Below are positions 33,558 to 33,976 of a DNA stretch of 33,976 nucleotides, one piece after another (position 1 is the stretch's first letter; each line of letters begins with the position of its first letter). The stretch is from a virus (lineage: Duplodnaviria > Caudoviricetes). A program made the position numbers and the translations under genes. Below the pieces are notes generated by a model, which saw only the letters and a program-made list of their open reading frames with translations, searched no databases and was not told the DNA's origin. The DNA lies in the IMG/VR virus record IMGVR_UViG_3300046832_000245, positions 1 to 33,976 of that record. One strand, written 5' to 3'.

Positions 33558-33976
33558 AGAAAGAGAGTTGTTGGAAAAGATTTTAAATACAGGTTGGTTA
33601 GATCACGAGCTAAGTTGTGAAGCACAAGAACTCCTCGCTCAACCTGAGCAAAATAAACCAGCGGCTATTATGCCTAATGGTGTTTGTGTTAGTAATGTCT
33701 ATGATGCTTATGAAGAAGGTAGAAAGTCTTTAATGTCTGAGCAAGAGCCTGTGGCTTGGATGTGGAAAAAACACACGGCTGGAGGGTGGTTAGATGTTGT
33801 TAGTATAGATAAACCTACTGCTAATGCACATCAAATAAACATTAGACCACTCTACTACACAGCACCGCAAAAACGTGATCCTTTAACCGATGAAGCCGTC
33901 TGCGAGATATTATTAAAGAAAGAATGGAAAGGGTTTGTTAATTTAGTGCGAATTATAGAAAAAGCACACGGCATAA
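33547..33976 (+). CDS. Modular phage protein (QEPVAW...PLY...RDPLTDE...EKAHGI), 3' truncated by window edge
   Basis: Manual translation is open from ATG 33547 to the end: MKTKERELL...LAQPEQ...EQEPVAW...RPLYYTAPQKRDPLTDE...IEKAHGI. Confidence 0.8.
   Translation, partial: MKTKERELLEKILNTGWLDHELSCEAQELLAQPEQNKPAAIMPNGVCVSNVYDAYEEGRKSLMSEQEPVAWMWKKHTAGGWLDVVSIDKPTANAHQINIRPLYYTAPQKRDPLTDEAVCEILLKKEWKGFVNLVRIIEKAHGI

Larger units (their letters stand above)
1..33976. mobile_element. Tailed dsDNA bacteriophage, podovirus-like, probably near-complete genome
   Basis: Terminase, portal, scaffold, capsid, nozzle, ejection-type proteins, lysis cassette and replication/recombination genes fill the window. 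No tape measure, sheath, integrase or host housekeeping genes were seen. Confidence 0.95.

Noticed and set aside
1-33976. tRNA genes, CRISPR arrays, stop-codon reassignment
   Set aside because: Intergenic gaps are short with no cloverleaf or repeat-spacer pattern seen by eye; core genes are full length under the standard code.

Overview
The window is an AT-rich, gene-dense, probably near-complete genome of a short-tailed (podovirus-like) dsDNA phage of a Gram-negative host. Two transcription blocks diverge from overlapping sigma70-like promoters at about 25330-25363. The minus-strand block (25289 down to 1491) carries a Cro-like HTH, a TOPRIM primase/RepA-type helicase, a palindrome-rich putative origin, small ORFs, terminase, portal, scaffold, major capsid, adaptor, tail fibres, nozzle, four ejection-type proteins and a full lysis cassette (holin, embedded spanin pair, GH24 endolysin). 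The plus-strand block (25406 to the end, apparently continuing at 1-1531) carries a Sak4-like ATPase, SSB, YqaJ-like exonuclease, an IbrB-IbrA' fusion, an SF2 helicase, a VRR-NUC nuclease and small early genes. I found no integrase, DNA polymerase, tRNA, CRISPR array or reverse transcriptase. The most notable observations are: (1) a DDxxD isoprenoid-synthase-like gene and a cupin gene, each translationally coupled to an ejection-protein gene, suggesting enzymatic modification of virion proteins; (2) an IbrB(ParB)-IbrA fusion lacking the PP-loop; (3) an early gene resembling Csx15/Csx20-type small proteins, near an acidic DNA-mimic candidate; (4) an ESG-motif segment in the nozzle that may dock an ISxLP fibre. 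All family assignments come from motif recognition by eye, not database searches.
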